Shown in pieces: positions 1 to 9,253 of a stretch of DNA of 64,000 bases. The notes beneath the pieces were generated by a model. That model had not been told where the DNA came from, did no database searches, and saw nothing but the letters and a program-made list of their open reading frames with translations. The position numbers were made by a program, and so were the translations under genes. Numbering within the stretch: position 1 is the first letter of the stretch; every line of letters starts with the position of its first letter. Source of the DNA: Chthoniobacterales bacterium (GTDB lineage: Bacteria > Verrucomicrobiota > Verrucomicrobiia > Chthoniobacterales > JAFAMB01); the NCBI GenBank assembly GCA_036401335.1, contig DASWVC010000033.1, forward strand, positions 291-64,290, read 5' to 3'.

Positions 1-9
1 CCTTTTAAC

Positions 10-363
10 GTGAACGCCATCGCGCAGGCAGGTGCGCTGGCCGGGCTAAAGGACGTCGAACATCAGCAACACACGCGGCAAGTGACGGAGCAAGGCCGGA
101 TTTTCCTCCAACGGGAGTTTGCCAGGCGCGGTCTGGAGTTTGTGCCAAGTTCAGCAAATTTTGTGTTGCTTCGGGTGGGGGATGGCAAGGAGGTTTTTCA
201 ACGGCTCCTGCGGCGGGGCATGATTGTGCGCGCCATGAACGAGTACAAACTGCCGGACTGGCTTCGGGTCAGCGTGGGCACCTCCGAGCAGAACGAGCGA
301 TTTTTGGCAGACCTGGATGCGGTCCTGGCCGAGCGGGCCCCCTCCGGCGGTCGCGGCCAATGA
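10..363 (+). CDS. hisC: C-terminal part of a PLP-dependent aminotransferase, probably histidinol-phosphate aminotransferase (5' truncated by window edge)
   Basis: Translated tail 'GLEFVPSSANFVLLRVG...LLRRGMIVRAMNEYKLPDWLRVSVGTSEQNERFLADL' is typical of HisC-type C-termini; no upstream sequence available. Confidence 0.8.
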   Translation: MNAIAQAGALAGLKDVEHQQHTRQVTEQGRIFLQREFARRGLEFVPSSANFVLLRVGDGKEVFQRLLRRGMIVRAMNEYKLPDWLRVSVGTSEQNERFLADLDAVLAERAPSGGRGQ

Positions 364-366
364 GTA

Positions 367-1740
367 ATGAGTGCAGCGAGCATGCCAGGGGACGGCGCTG
401 CGGAGCTGGCCATTGACACCATTGCCGCCGTTGCAACGCCGCCGGGCGAAGGTGCGATCGCGATGGTGCGGGTGTCCGGACCGGAAGCCCGGCGCATTTT
501 GGGCGAGGTGTTTCAGCCTCGCCATGGCGCCGGGCCTGAGACGCCGCGCCGTACCTGCCTCGGTGCCGTGGCGGATGGTGCCGGTGTAATCGACCACGGG
601 ATGGCGGTCTGGTACCGCGGACCGGCGAGTTACACGGGTGAGGACGTCGTCGAACTGACTTGTCACGGGGGCATGCTGGTGGTTCAGCGGGTGTTGGAGG
701 CGTTGCTCCGGCACGGCGCCCGGCTGGCTGAGCCTGGGGAGTTTACGCAGCGCGCGTTCCTCAACGGCAAGATTGATCTGACCCAGGCGGAAGCGGTCAT
801 GGACCTTATTCGGGCTCAGACCGACCTGGCGCTTCGTGCGGCAAACCAACAACTGAGCGGCAACCTTGGTGCCGAACTCCTGGAATTGCAGGATGCACTC
901 CTGACCGTCTTGGCGCACATCGAGGCCTACATCGATTTTCCTGATGAAGCGATTGATCCAGATACCACGGCAGAATTGGCCAGCCAGTTGGAAGGCGTGA
1001 TCCAGCGGGTGAACCCGTTGTTGGCAAGTGCGGAGCAGGGTCGCGTGTTGCGCCACGGCCTGCGCACGGTCATTTATGGCCCGCCAAACGTTGGGAAATC
1101 GAGCCTTTTGAACCTTTTGCTTGGATTCGAGCGCGCGATCGTGAGCGCCGTACCCGGGACCACGCGGGACACCATTGAAGAAGTCATTAACGTAAGAGGG
1201 GTGCCCGTACGGTTGGTGGACACCGCGGGAGCCCGGCCCACCGGGGACGAGGTGGAGCAGGCCGGGATCGCACGCACCGCCCGGGAACTCATCAACTCCG
1301 ACCTGGTGCTGTGGGTCGTCGACGGCAGTCAGCCTAAGCCGGCCATGCCTCCGCCGGGGCAGCCTCACGTCCTCATCTTGAACAAATCCGACCTCGGGCT
1401 GCACCGGGATTGGGAAGCCGCCAGCGGCGCAATCCCTTTTTCCTGTTGGGATAAGACGGGCGTTGAGCCGCTGAAGCAATCGATCTTCGCACGTTTTCTG
1501 CAGGGTGGGGCCGGCACCGACACCTTTCGGATCGCGATCAGTGTGCGCCACGAAGGTTGCCTGACGCGAGCCAAGGGAGCATTGGACGAAGCCTTGGTAA
1601 GCTTGCGGGAAGAGCGCTCCCCGGAATTCACCGCGATCGAGATTCGCGAAGCTCTGGAGGCCATCGGTGAGGTGGTTGGAAAGACGGACACGGAAGATCT
1701 GCTCGGCCGGATTTTCAGTGAATTCTGCATTGGAAAGTAG
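367..1740 (+). CDS. mnmE: tRNA uridine-5-carboxymethylaminomethyl(34) synthesis GTPase MnmE
   Basis: G1 motif GPPNVGKSSLLN, 'VSAVPGTTRDTIEE', C-terminal 'IFSEFCIGK'. Confidence 0.97.
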   Translation: MSAASMPGDGAAELAIDTIAAVATPPGEGAIAMVRVSGPEARRILGEVFQPRHGAGPETPRRTCLGAVADGAGVIDHGMAVWYRGPASYTGEDVVELTCHGGMLVVQRVLEALLRHGARLAEPGEFTQRAFLNGKIDLTQAEAVMDLIRAQTDLALRAANQQLSGNLGAELLELQDALLTVLAHIEAYIDFPDEAIDPDTTAELASQLEGVIQRVNPLLASAEQGRVLRHGLRTVIYGPPNVGKSSLLNLLLGFERAIVSAVPGTTRDTIEEVINVRGVPVRLVDTAGARPTGDEVEQAGIARTARELINSDLVLWVVDGSQPKPAMPPPGQPHVLILNKSDLGLHRDWEAASGAIPFSCWDKTGVEPLKQSIFARFLQGGAGTDTFRIAISVRHEGCLTRAKGALDEALVSLREERSPEFTAIEIREALEAIGEVVGKTDTEDLLGRIFSEFCIGK

Positions 1741-1754
1741 GCGCGGGTAATTCT

Positions 1755-2804
1755 GTGGATTGGTACCGTCACGTCTTTCGGCCTTTGGCATTCCGGCTTG
1801 AGCCGGAGAGGGCTCACGACGTGACTTTACTGGGCCTCGCGCTGGCGTCGCGGTTTCCAGCGGTTCTCTCTCCTATTTCCGGCCCCACGATTGCCAAGCC
1901 GCGCACCGTGTTCGGCCTGCGCTTTCCGAATCCGGTGGGCTTGGCGGCCGGGATGGACAAAAACGCGGTAGCCGTCCCGGCCTGGGCGGCCATGGGTTTC
2001 GGTTTTGTGGAGGTCGGTACCGTCACGGCACAAGGGCAGAATGGAAACCCTAAACCGCGGCTTTTCCGTTACCCGGAGCAGGAAGCGTTGGTCAATCGCA
2101 TGGGCTTCAACAATCGAGGGGCCGAATCCGTAGCCCGCCACCTTCGCCAAGCCCGCGAGCAACCGTCCTGGCCCTCTGTCCCGCTTGGCATCAACCTTGG
2201 CAAGACGAAAGCGGTGGCACTCGCAGAGGCGACGGAAGACTACCTCGCGTCGTTCCGCGCGCTGCAAGGCGTCGGAGACTATTTCGTTCTAAACGTGAGC
2301 TCGCCAAACACGCCGGGGTTGCGAAGGCTGCAGGAGAGACCGGCCTTGGATGCGCTTTTCCAGGCGGTGCAGGCGGCCAATACAAGCCGGCGGCCGATGT
2401 TGGTAAAGGTCGCCCCGGACCTCACTTTTTCTCAGATTGATGACGTTCTCGCGCTGGTTGAACAGCACCGGCTGGCAGGGTTGGTCGCGACCAACACAAC
2501 GTTGGACCACGAAAGCTTACCTCCGGCAAAGCGCGAGGCCGGCGGTTTAAGCGGATGCCCGTTAGGAAAGCGGGCGCTCGAAGTGCTCCACCACCTTCGG
2601 AAGCAGACGACCTTGCCAATCATTGCAGTCGGCGGGATCATGGACGGCGAAGGTGGAAGGGCCCGCCTGGATGCCGGGGCCGACCTGATCCAGCTTTACA
2701 CCGGGTTTATTTACCGTGGACCAGCCCTGATCGCTGCCATTGTCAACGGTCTAACGGCATCACCGCCCAACCGCGGAACGGCGGTCCGGGAAGGCACGCC
2801 CTGA
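1755..2804 (+). CDS. pyrD: Dihydroorotate dehydrogenase (quinone-type)
   Basis: 'FPNPVGLAAGMDKNAVAV', 'NVSSPNTPGLRRLQ', 'IIAVGGIMDGEGGRARLDAGADLIQLYTGFIYRGP'. Confidence 0.96.
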   Translation: MDWYRHVFRPLAFRLEPERAHDVTLLGLALASRFPAVLSPISGPTIAKPRTVFGLRFPNPVGLAAGMDKNAVAVPAWAAMGFGFVEVGTVTAQGQNGNPKPRLFRYPEQEALVNRMGFNNRGAESVARHLRQAREQPSWPSVPLGINLGKTKAVALAEATEDYLASFRALQGVGDYFVLNVSSPNTPGLRRLQERPALDALFQAVQAANTSRRPMLVKVAPDLTFSQIDDVLALVEQHRLAGLVATNTTLDHESLPPAKREAGGLSGCPLGKRALEVLHHLRKQTTLPIIAVGGIMDGEGGRARLDAGADLIQLYTGFIYRGPALIAAIVNGLTASPPNRGTAVREGTP

Positions 2805-2867
2805 GGCAAAAAGAAAAGGCGCGCTCGAGGCGCGCCTTAGGTTAAGGGTCGGTGTGGAAGGTGAAGG

Positions 2868-3209
2868 TTAGCGACGGCGAAAATCGCGGTCACGTCCCCG
2901 TCGCGTGTCTTTTGCTCCACCACGTCCGGCATCGGACGGGAAAAACCGGTCCTGGCGGGCTTCCGGCGGGCGTGCCTCATTGACGGTCAGCGGACGGTTG
3001 TCCAATGAAAAGCCGTTAAATTTGCTGATGGCCTCGTTCGCCTGTTCATCCGAACTCATGGTGACGAATCCAAACCCACGGGACTTACCGGTGAGCTTAT
3101 CCTGAATGATCTTTACATCAACGACCGTGCCGGACTGGGCAAACAGATCCTGCAGATCCAACTCGGTGGTCGCGAAAGAAAGATTTCCTACGTACAATTT
3201 AGCAGACAT
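2868..3209 (-). CDS. RRM-domain RNA-binding protein (complete, with Arg-rich tail)
   Basis: RNP2 'KLYVGNLSF' and RNP1 'KSRGFGFVTM', tail 'RRGRDRDFRRR'. Confidence 0.93.
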   Translation of the reverse strand: MSAKLYVGNLSFATTELDLQDLFAQSGTVVDVKIIQDKLTGKSRGFGFVTMSSDEQANEAISKFNGFSLDNRPLTVNEARPPEARQDRFFPSDAGRGGAKDTRRGRDRDFRRR

Positions 3210-3460
3210 AATGACAGTTACCTTGGACGCCTCCTCGAGCCGGCCTTAGTCCTTGGTGGACTCAATCGCCAACGAGCCGAAACTCCTGACAATCACCCCG
3301 AACGAAAAGAAGCAATTACCGCGTACAGCGGGATGGAGACGGATTCAAGCTAATCTTTCCGGCACCGGCCGGGGTGCTGCCCCGGAGTCCGACATCGGGG
3401 AAACCAAGCGTGGTAAACGGTTGTGCAGCGCGTCCGTTCCGGCCGTTGCTTCGCAACGGT

Positions 3461-3897
3461 TCACCGTCTGGCCGGTTCGGCCAAGGCTGCCGTTTGGTAA
3501 TGAAATTCGACCGGCAATTTCACGTCCGGGTGCAAACTTTGGTGGACCGGGCAGGTGAGGGCGGCTTTTTCCAGACCCGAGCGAAGGGGGTGATCCTCTG
3601 CCAAGGGCAAATGGATGCTTACCTGCAACTTGCCGATGCGTCGCACCGGCTGTTGAACCATTTCCTTCAGCACCTCAACCCGGGTACCATTAAGGTCCAC
3701 CGCGTGGCGTTTTGCGAACAGGCCCATCACGGTCACCATGCAGCTTCCCAACGCCGCGCCCACCAGGTCGGTCGGGGAAAAAGCAGCGCCGTTTCCGCCG
3801 TTGTCGACCGGTGCGTCGGTCGTTAGTTCGTTACCCGAAGGGGCATGCCGGACCGTCGTGTGCAAGTCACCTTGGTAATGGATCTCGATTTTGACCA
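3461..3897 (-). CDS. OsmC family protein
   Basis: 'HYQGDLHTTVRHAPSGNELTTDAPVDNGGNGAAFSPTDLVGAALGSCMVTVMGLFAKRH'. Start chosen at MVKIEIHYQG (CAT at 3895-3897); the longer ORF to 3922 runs into the repeat element. Confidence 0.9.
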
Positions 3898-4162
3898 TGA
3901 AACAATGAACAGCAGTGAACAACGATGAACAACGATGAACAGCAATTCACAGGAATAACTTAAGCATGAAAGGTGGCTTGCCCGGAGCTGAAAAAATAAA
4001 CGGCACTCTCAAACACAGTCGCGCCGCACTTACCGCAAGCAATGCGTCGCGAGCGCGCTCCGAGGCCGAGGCTGTATGGCTTGAATGCGTCACAACCCTA
4101 GCGCTGTCCCATTGTCTCAGAGGTGACTCGGGAATTGCTGTTCATTGCTGTTCATTGCTTCA
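3898..4162. repeat. Copy 1 of a small intergenic element with inverted arrays of a ~10-nt repeat at both ends
   Basis: Left end 'tgaaacaatgaacagcagtgaacaacgatgaacaacgatgaacagcaattcacagg'; right end 'gtgactcgggaattgctgttcattgctgttcattgcttcag'. The ends are partly reverse-complementary and share sequence with copy 2 at 7920-8099. Confidence 0.85.
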
Positions 4163-4997
4163 GCCCAAAGAAGGAGCGGGCCGTCTTTGTGGTCTGGGCA
4201 GCGAATTCGGCCAGAGTGATCCCGCGATCGCGCGCAATGGATTCAGCGGTTCGCCGGACGAAGGCGGGTTCGCAGCGTTGTCCTCGATGGGGTACCGGGG
4301 CAAGGTAGGGAGCATCCGTTTCCACCATGAACTGGTTCAATGGCAGCTGGGTCGAGACCGCCCGGGCTTCGGGGGCGTTCTTAAAGGTCACTAAACCGGT
4401 GAACGACACGAGGTGGCCGAGGGCCACCAATTCTTCGGCCTGCGCCAAGTTGCCGCTGAAACAATGGAACACGCCGCGCACCGGGTGCCGCCGAAGGGTG
4501 GCCAGCGTGTCCGCCCAAGCGTCGCGCTGGTGGATGATGACGTTCTTGCCGAATTCCGCCGCGAGTTCGAGTTGCTGTTCAAACACCCGTGCCTGGGCGG
4601 CCTTCACGGCTTCATCTTTGATTTCAAGTTCCAGGGTTGCAGCTGAGCCTGCTCCCAGGGCAGCTTGCACGACGTCCGCTCGTTGCTTGCGGCTCGGCAG
4701 GTAATGGTAATCGAAACCGGTTTCGCCGATGGCGACAACCTTTGGGTGTCGGGCCAGTTCAGCCAGTTCGTCCAGGGAGTCTGGACGGTTCGGTTCAACG
4801 TGATTCGGGTGGACCCCGACCGCCGCGAAAACGCCGGGGTGGCGTTCAGCAAGGGCAATCGCGCGACGACTGGAGTCCAGGTCGGTGCCGATCGTGATGA
4901 TGGTGTGAACCTCTGCCTCCGCAGCCCTGGCCAAAACGGCCGGCAGGTCGTCGGCAAACTCCGGAAAATCCAGGTGCGCGTGGGTATCGGCGAGCAT
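4152..4997 (-). CDS. tatD: TatD family hydrolase
   Basis: 'LADTHAHLDFPEF', 'VVAIGETGFDYHY', 'HQRDAWADTLATLRRHPVRGVFHCFSG', 'VETDAPYLAPVPHRG'. Stop codon lies in the repeat element. Confidence 0.94.
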   Translation of the reverse strand: MLADTHAHLDFPEFADDLPAVLARAAEAEVHTIITIGTDLDSSRRAIALAERHPGVFAAVGVHPNHVEPNRPDSLDELAELARHPKVVAIGETGFDYHYLPSRKQRADVVQAALGAGSAATLELEIKDEAVKAAQARVFEQQLELAAEFGKNVIIHQRDAWADTLATLRRHPVRGVFHCFSGNLAQAEELVALGHLVSFTGLVTFKNAPEARAVSTQLPLNQFMVETDAPYLAPVPHRGQRCEPAFVRRTAESIARDRGITLAEFAAQTTKTARSFFGLKQ

Positions 4998-5060
4998 CGC
5001 CTACTGTTGGCCGGAAGTCAGGACGCGTCCAGCACGCCCTGCCCGATCGCAGTTGCCACC

Positions 5061-6083
5061 TCACCATTGGATGACTGAACTTGCCCAGGTAAGCCCACCC
5101 CCGAAGACGACCAGGAGAAGGTAATCCCCGATTTTGATGCGCTGAGTGCGATGGGCCTCGTCCAGGGCCATGGCAACTGCTGCGGCTGACGTGTTCCCGA
5201 ACCGGTCGAGGTTCACGTAAAACTTGTCCATCGGCAGCCGCATCCGAGCCGCGATGGCCTCGATGATTCGGATGTTGGCTTGGTGAGGAATAACGCAGGC
5301 AATGTCTTCGTACCGGAGGCCCGCATCCTCCAACGCACGATTGGCGGCCGTGAACATGGAGTTGACGGCTTGTTTGTAGACTTCCTTGCCGGTCATTTTG
5401 ATGGTGTTCAACCGGTCGTTCACGTTGTCGGCCGTAATCGGGCAGCGGCTTCCGCCGCCTGGCATGATGAGGATGTCAGCGAAAGTGCCGTCGCTGCCCA
5501 TGTACGTGGAAATCACGCCGTGGGAGTCGGGACGGTTGCGCAACACCGCCGCGCCGGCCCCATCACCGAACAGGACGCACGTGTTGCGGTCCGTCCAGTC
5601 CGTGATTGCGCTCAGTTTATCGGCGCCGATGATCAGCACGGTGTTGTACACGTGCGTGGAGATGAACTGTTGCGCAATTTCCAAGGCATACAGAAAGCCG
5701 GCACAAGCGGCGGACACGTCGAAACAAGCCGCATTTACCGCGCCCAATTTTTTCTGCACCCAGCAGGCGGTGGCCGGAAAAGCGGTATCCGGAGTCACCG
5801 TCGCAACAATCAAAAGGTCAATTTCACTGGCCGTCACTTGGGCTTGCTGCATCGCCGCCAAAGCTGCCTCGGCCGCCATGTCGCTCGTACTCTCGTGGAC
5901 ACCGGCGATGCGGCGCTCCCGGATGCCGGTGCGGGCACGAATCCATTCATCGGACGTGTCCACCAGCCGCTCAAGCTCCTGGTTGGTGAGCACCCGTTCG
6001 GGCGCATAGCTGCCGGTGCCAATGACTGAGACGGTGCGACGAGGCTTACTGGACCGGCGTGGTGGCCGTGTTGAACTTCTCAT
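5061..6083 (-). CDS. fabH: 3-oxoacyl-[ACP] synthase III
   Basis: 'SVIGTGSYAPERVLTNQELERLVDTSDEWI', 'NAACFDVSAACAGFLYAL', 'IACVIPHQANIRI', 'YGNTSAAAVAMALDEA'-like. Start at 6083 is inferred and overlaps plsX. Confidence 0.95.
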   Translation of the reverse strand: MRSSTRPPRRSSKPRRTVSVIGTGSYAPERVLTNQELERLVDTSDEWIRARTGIRERRIAGVHESTSDMAAEAALAAMQQAQVTASEIDLLIVATVTPDTAFPATACWVQKKLGAVNAACFDVSAACAGFLYALEIAQQFISTHVYNTVLIIGADKLSAITDWTDRNTCVLFGDGAGAAVLRNRPDSHGVISTYMGSDGTFADILIMPGGGSRCPITADNVNDRLNTIKMTGKEVYKQAVNSMFTAANRALEDAGLRYEDIACVIPHQANIRIIEAIAARMRLPMDKFYVNLDRFGNTSAAAVAMALDEAHRTQRIKIGDYLLLVVFGGGLTWASSVIQW

Positions 6084-7077
6084 TACAAAATTGCACCTTG
6101 CGGATAATATGAGGATTGATCTCGTGCTTGATTGATTCGCAAGCCGCGCGGATCGCATTCTTGATCGCGAGCGGAGAACTTGCGCCATGCGCGATGATGC
6201 AGATGCCGTTTACCCCCAGCAAAGGCATCCCTCCGTACTCTTCATAATTCGTTTTTTTGCGAATGGTACGGAACGCTCCTTCCGCAAGTTTGGCCCCGAG
6301 CATTCGAACCGGGGTTCGAACAAGTTCATGCTTTAACCAGGTGAAGATGGCATGGGCGATGGCTTCTGAGGTCTTCAGAACGACGTTGCCCGTGAACCCG
6401 TCGCACACGACCACTTCCGCCGGGTGTTCAAACAGGTCATGGCCTTCAATGTTGCCTCGGAAATTTAACCCGCTGCCCTTAAGCAATTTGAATGCTTCCT
6501 TGGTAACGTCATTTCCTTTCATGTCCTCTTCCCCGATCGACATCAACGCCACCGACGGGTTCTTGTAACCGAGCACGAATTCGGAGAAGACAGCGCCCAT
6601 GATGGCGAATTGCAAAAGGTTTTCTGCGGTAGAATCAGGATTCGCGCCCGCGTCGATCAGTACGAATACCTTGGTCTCCGTGGGCAACAAAACCGCGACG
6701 GCAGGCCGTTCGATGCCTTTCAGCGATCGCAGTTTTAAAACCGAAGCGGCCACAGCTGCGCCGGTGTGACCGGCCGACACCACGGCCTGCGCGGCGTTAT
6801 TCTTAACCAGGTCAACCGCGCGGGAGATGGACGCATCCCGCTTTTGCCGGATCGCTTTAGCCGCTGACTCCCGCATGTTGACCACCTCTGACGCGTGGAA
6901 AATTTCGAGCCGGCTGTCTTGAAACTGGAGGCGTTTCAATTCGGTCCCCACCGTGATCGCGTCGCCCACCAAAAACAATTTTTCCAGGTAGCTGTATTCT
7001 TTAAGAGCCAGTACCGCTCCCTCGACAGTGTTGCGGGGCGCGAAATCCCCGCCCATGGCGTCCAAAGCTATCCTCAT
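6046..7077 (-). CDS. plsX: Phosphate acyltransferase PlsX
   Basis: 'MRIALDAMGGDFAPRNTVEGAV', 'AAVSAGHTGA', 'GFTGNVVLKTSE'. Confidence 0.96.
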   Translation of the reverse strand: MRIALDAMGGDFAPRNTVEGAVLALKEYSYLEKLFLVGDAITVGTELKRLQFQDSRLEIFHASEVVNMRESAAKAIRQKRDASISRAVDLVKNNAAQAVVSAGHTGAAVAASVLKLRSLKGIERPAVAVLLPTETKVFVLIDAGANPDSTAENLLQFAIMGAVFSEFVLGYKNPSVALMSIGEEDMKGNDVTKEAFKLLKGSGLNFRGNIEGHDLFEHPAEVVVCDGFTGNVVLKTSEAIAHAIFTWLKHELVRTPVRMLGAKLAEGAFRTIRKKTNYEEYGGMPLLGVNGICIIAHGASSPLAIKNAIRAACESIKHEINPHIIRKVQFCNEKFNTATTPVQ

Positions 7078-7274
7078 AATCCGTGACTCACCGCGGAAGA
7101 CCTGACGAGCCCGTAAGCCCGGTGATTAGCCCAGGAGCCTGGTCCAAGCAACAGGAAATATCCCGGGCTCCACAGGATGGGGGACCCGCTCACCACCCAC
7201 CGGTTTACGGCTGGACGGCACTCGCTTTGGATGAAATCGCCCGCGAAGGCGCGCAGTCCCCTCGGGTGATCAGG

Positions 7275-7457
7275 TCAGGCAACGTCGACCGTCAAAACCT
7301 GACGGCCGTGGTAATAACCACAGGAAGGACAGGCTGTGTGACCGCGCACCCGGCTGCCGCACTGGGCGCACTTGGTTAGTTGCGGCGCGTGCCAGCGATT
7401 TGCGGCTTTGCGTGTGCGCAGCCGCATCTTCGACGTCTTTCTCTTCGGAACACCCAT
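7275..7457 (-). CDS. rpmF: 50S ribosomal protein L32, zinc-finger (Cys4) form
   Basis: '[22 protein letters not shown]' with CxxC...CxxC; next to plsX and DUF177 as in many bacteria. Confidence 0.96.
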   Translation of the reverse strand: MGVPKRKTSKMRLRTRKAANRWHAPQLTKCAQCGSRVRGHTACPSCGYYHGRQVLTVDVA

Positions 7458-7458
7458 C

Positions 7459-7920
7459 TCAGTTTTTCTTTCTTTTCAAGTCTAAATCGGCGAGAGCGTC
7501 CCAGGCGCTAGGCACCTGCGCGGGTTCCTCGGTCCTCAACCCGTCGGTCCGGGGACCTGGACAAATCGTTTTTCCATCCCAGTCACACCGGGGATGCGCT
7601 GGAAGAACGAGGAGGATATCCTCACGCACGTATGGCGTCAAGTCGACTACTTCGGGCCCCGTCACATCAATCTGGGCCGCGAAATCCGGCACCACCAAGT
7701 CGTGCCGAAACCGGCGAAGGCAACTGACGCACTCCATTTCAAGCGTCACCGACAGCCTGCCCGTGGCAAAGAGGGAGCTTCCCGATACGCCGACCTCAAC
7801 ATCGTAGGCAACGTTGTCCAGCGGACGAATGCTCGGGTCATCAAGGTCAAGCATGCCTGGTTCTTCGTACCCGACAAGGTGAAGGCCGGTCGGCGGAATC
7901 TGCAGTAAATGAACCTTCAT
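7459..7920 (-). CDS. DUF177 / YceD family protein
   Basis: '[20 protein letters not shown]', '[23 protein letters not shown]'; located upstream of rpmF. Confidence 0.88.
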   Translation of the reverse strand: MKVHLLQIPPTGLHLVGYEEPGMLDLDDPSIRPLDNVAYDVEVGVSGSSLFATGRLSVTLEMECVSCLRRFRHDLVVPDFAAQIDVTGPEVVDLTPYVREDILLVLPAHPRCDWDGKTICPGPRTDGLRTEEPAQVPSAWDALADLDLKRKKN

Positions 7921-8099
7921 GAAACAATGAACAGCAATGAACTGCCGTGAACAACGATGAACATCAATTCACAGGGATGCCTTTGGGGGATAAGGCGGCG
8001 GATTCAATGATTTGAATGCGTCCTAATCTTGGTGGCATCCCATCGTCGTAGAGCTGACTCGGGGATTGACGTTCATTGCTGTTCATTGCTGTTCATCGT
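7920..8099. repeat. Copy 2 of the intergenic decamer-array element
   Basis: Left 'tgaaacaatgaacagcaatgaactgccgtgaacaacgatgaacatcaattcacaggg'; shared interior 'ttgaatgcgtc'; right 'gctgactcggggattgacgttcattgctgttcattgctgttcatcg'. Confidence 0.85.
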
Positions 8100-8585
8100 C
8101 TTGGCGTCGAACTTGCTTTTGAGTGCGGCCACCACCGAGGGCGGCACGAATGGATTCACGGCGCCCCCGAGCCGGGCGATCTCCTTTACGATGCGTGAGC
8201 TGAGGTAGGTGTAATCTTCCCGCGGCATGAGGAACACGGTCTCGATGCCGGGTTCCATCTTGCGGTTCATCAAGGCCATCTGGAATTCGAATTCGAAGTC
8301 GGACACGGCCCGCAAGCCCCGGACAATGGCCGTAGCGCCGCGCTTCCGCGCAAACCCGACCAGCAGTCCTTCCAGCAGCACGACCTCCACGTTCGGCAAA
8401 TTGCGGCAACCTTCTTCGATCAAGCCGATACGCTCTGAAAACGAAAAGAGGCCGGAGATTTGTTTTTGATCGTTTGCGGCAACCGCCACGATCAGGCTGT
8501 CAAACAACCTGCTGGCACGTTCGATGACGTCAAGATGACCGTTGGTGACCGGGTCAAAGCTTCCGGGGTAGATCGCTCGGCGCAT
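8073..8585 (-). CDS. coaD: Pantetheine-phosphate adenylyltransferase
   Basis: 'MRRAIYPGSFDPVTNGHLDVIERASRLFD', 'AIVRGLRAVSDFEFEFQMALMNRKM', 'YTYLSSRIVKEIA'. C-terminal 'MNSNEQQ' is encoded by the repeat element. Confidence 0.95.
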   Translation of the reverse strand: MRRAIYPGSFDPVTNGHLDVIERASRLFDSLIVAVAANDQKQISGLFSFSERIGLIEEGCRNLPNVEVVLLEGLLVGFARKRGATAIVRGLRAVSDFEFEFQMALMNRKMEPGIETVFLMPREDYTYLSSRIVKEIARLGGAVNPFVPPSVVAALKSKFDAKTMNSNEQQ

Positions 8586-8610
8586 GGGGTTACGGGGGAG
8601 ACTTGCGCTT

Positions 8611-9174
8611 TCAGCGACGGGCTTGGCCAAACAGTGCCGGCAAAGGCAGGAACAGGTCGGGGAACGCCACCGGAGCGAGCACGTCGTGAGCCGGAACTTC
8701 GCGGCAGACGGTGTAGGCGGCCGCGTCCGGGTCGGCCTGTTGGTGCACGAGGACCAAGTCGCGCGTGAGGTCGAAGATCCAATATTCGGCGATCCCATTC
8801 CGGGCGTAAGCCCCCCTTTTTACCGTGCGATCGTACCGCAGTGAGCTGTCGGCGACTTCAATGGCCAAAAAGATGTCGTCTGCGAACGCGTAGCGCTCCT
8901 CCGCAAGAACGCGGCGGTGAACCAGGGCCAAGTCCGGCTGCGGCATGGAATGCGCATCCAAACGGAACGGGTTTTGCGGCGAAACAAAGAAGCGGTCGCC
9001 GGCATTCTTGGCCAGAAGTTCGGTGAGACGATTTACCACGTTGGCGTGCCGCGATCCGATCGGCGATTGAACGATCAAATCACCGTCCAGCAGCTCGATG
9101 TGGTCCTCATTGGTAAGTATGCCGGCATGAAAAAGCTTTTCATACCGTTCCACGTCAAAGCGGTAAGTAGTCAT
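8611..9174 (-). CDS. Uma2 family (DUF820) putative endonuclease
   Basis: 'YEKLFHAGILTNEDHIELLDGDLIVQSPIGSRHANVVNRLTELL', 'MPQPDLALVHRR', 'ADDIFLAIEVADSSLRYDRTVKRGAYARNGIAEYWIFDL'. Confidence 0.9.
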   Translation of the reverse strand: MTTYRFDVERYEKLFHAGILTNEDHIELLDGDLIVQSPIGSRHANVVNRLTELLAKNAGDRFFVSPQNPFRLDAHSMPQPDLALVHRRVLAEERYAFADDIFLAIEVADSSLRYDRTVKRGAYARNGIAEYWIFDLTRDLVLVHQQADPDAAAYTVCREVPAHDVLAPVAFPDLFLPLPALFGQARR

Positions 9175-9253
9175 AGCTTTAGACCTTCCAATTCTGGGCC
9201 TGAACCCGTAGGGTGAGGTCGTCGCGCGCCCCCGGTCGGGTCCATGCAAGGAA

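Noticed and set aside
151-1791. 546-aa minus-strand ORF antisense to mnmE
   Set aside because: Shadow ORF in high-GC DNA; no recognisable family and fully antisense to a clear mnmE gene.
3898-3960. Decamer array considered as a CRISPR
   Set aside because: Units are contiguous ~10-nt repeats with no unique spacers, and no cas genes are present.
8611-9174. Uma2 protein considered as a restriction or toxin component
   Set aside because: No methyltransferase, specificity subunit or antitoxin next to it.
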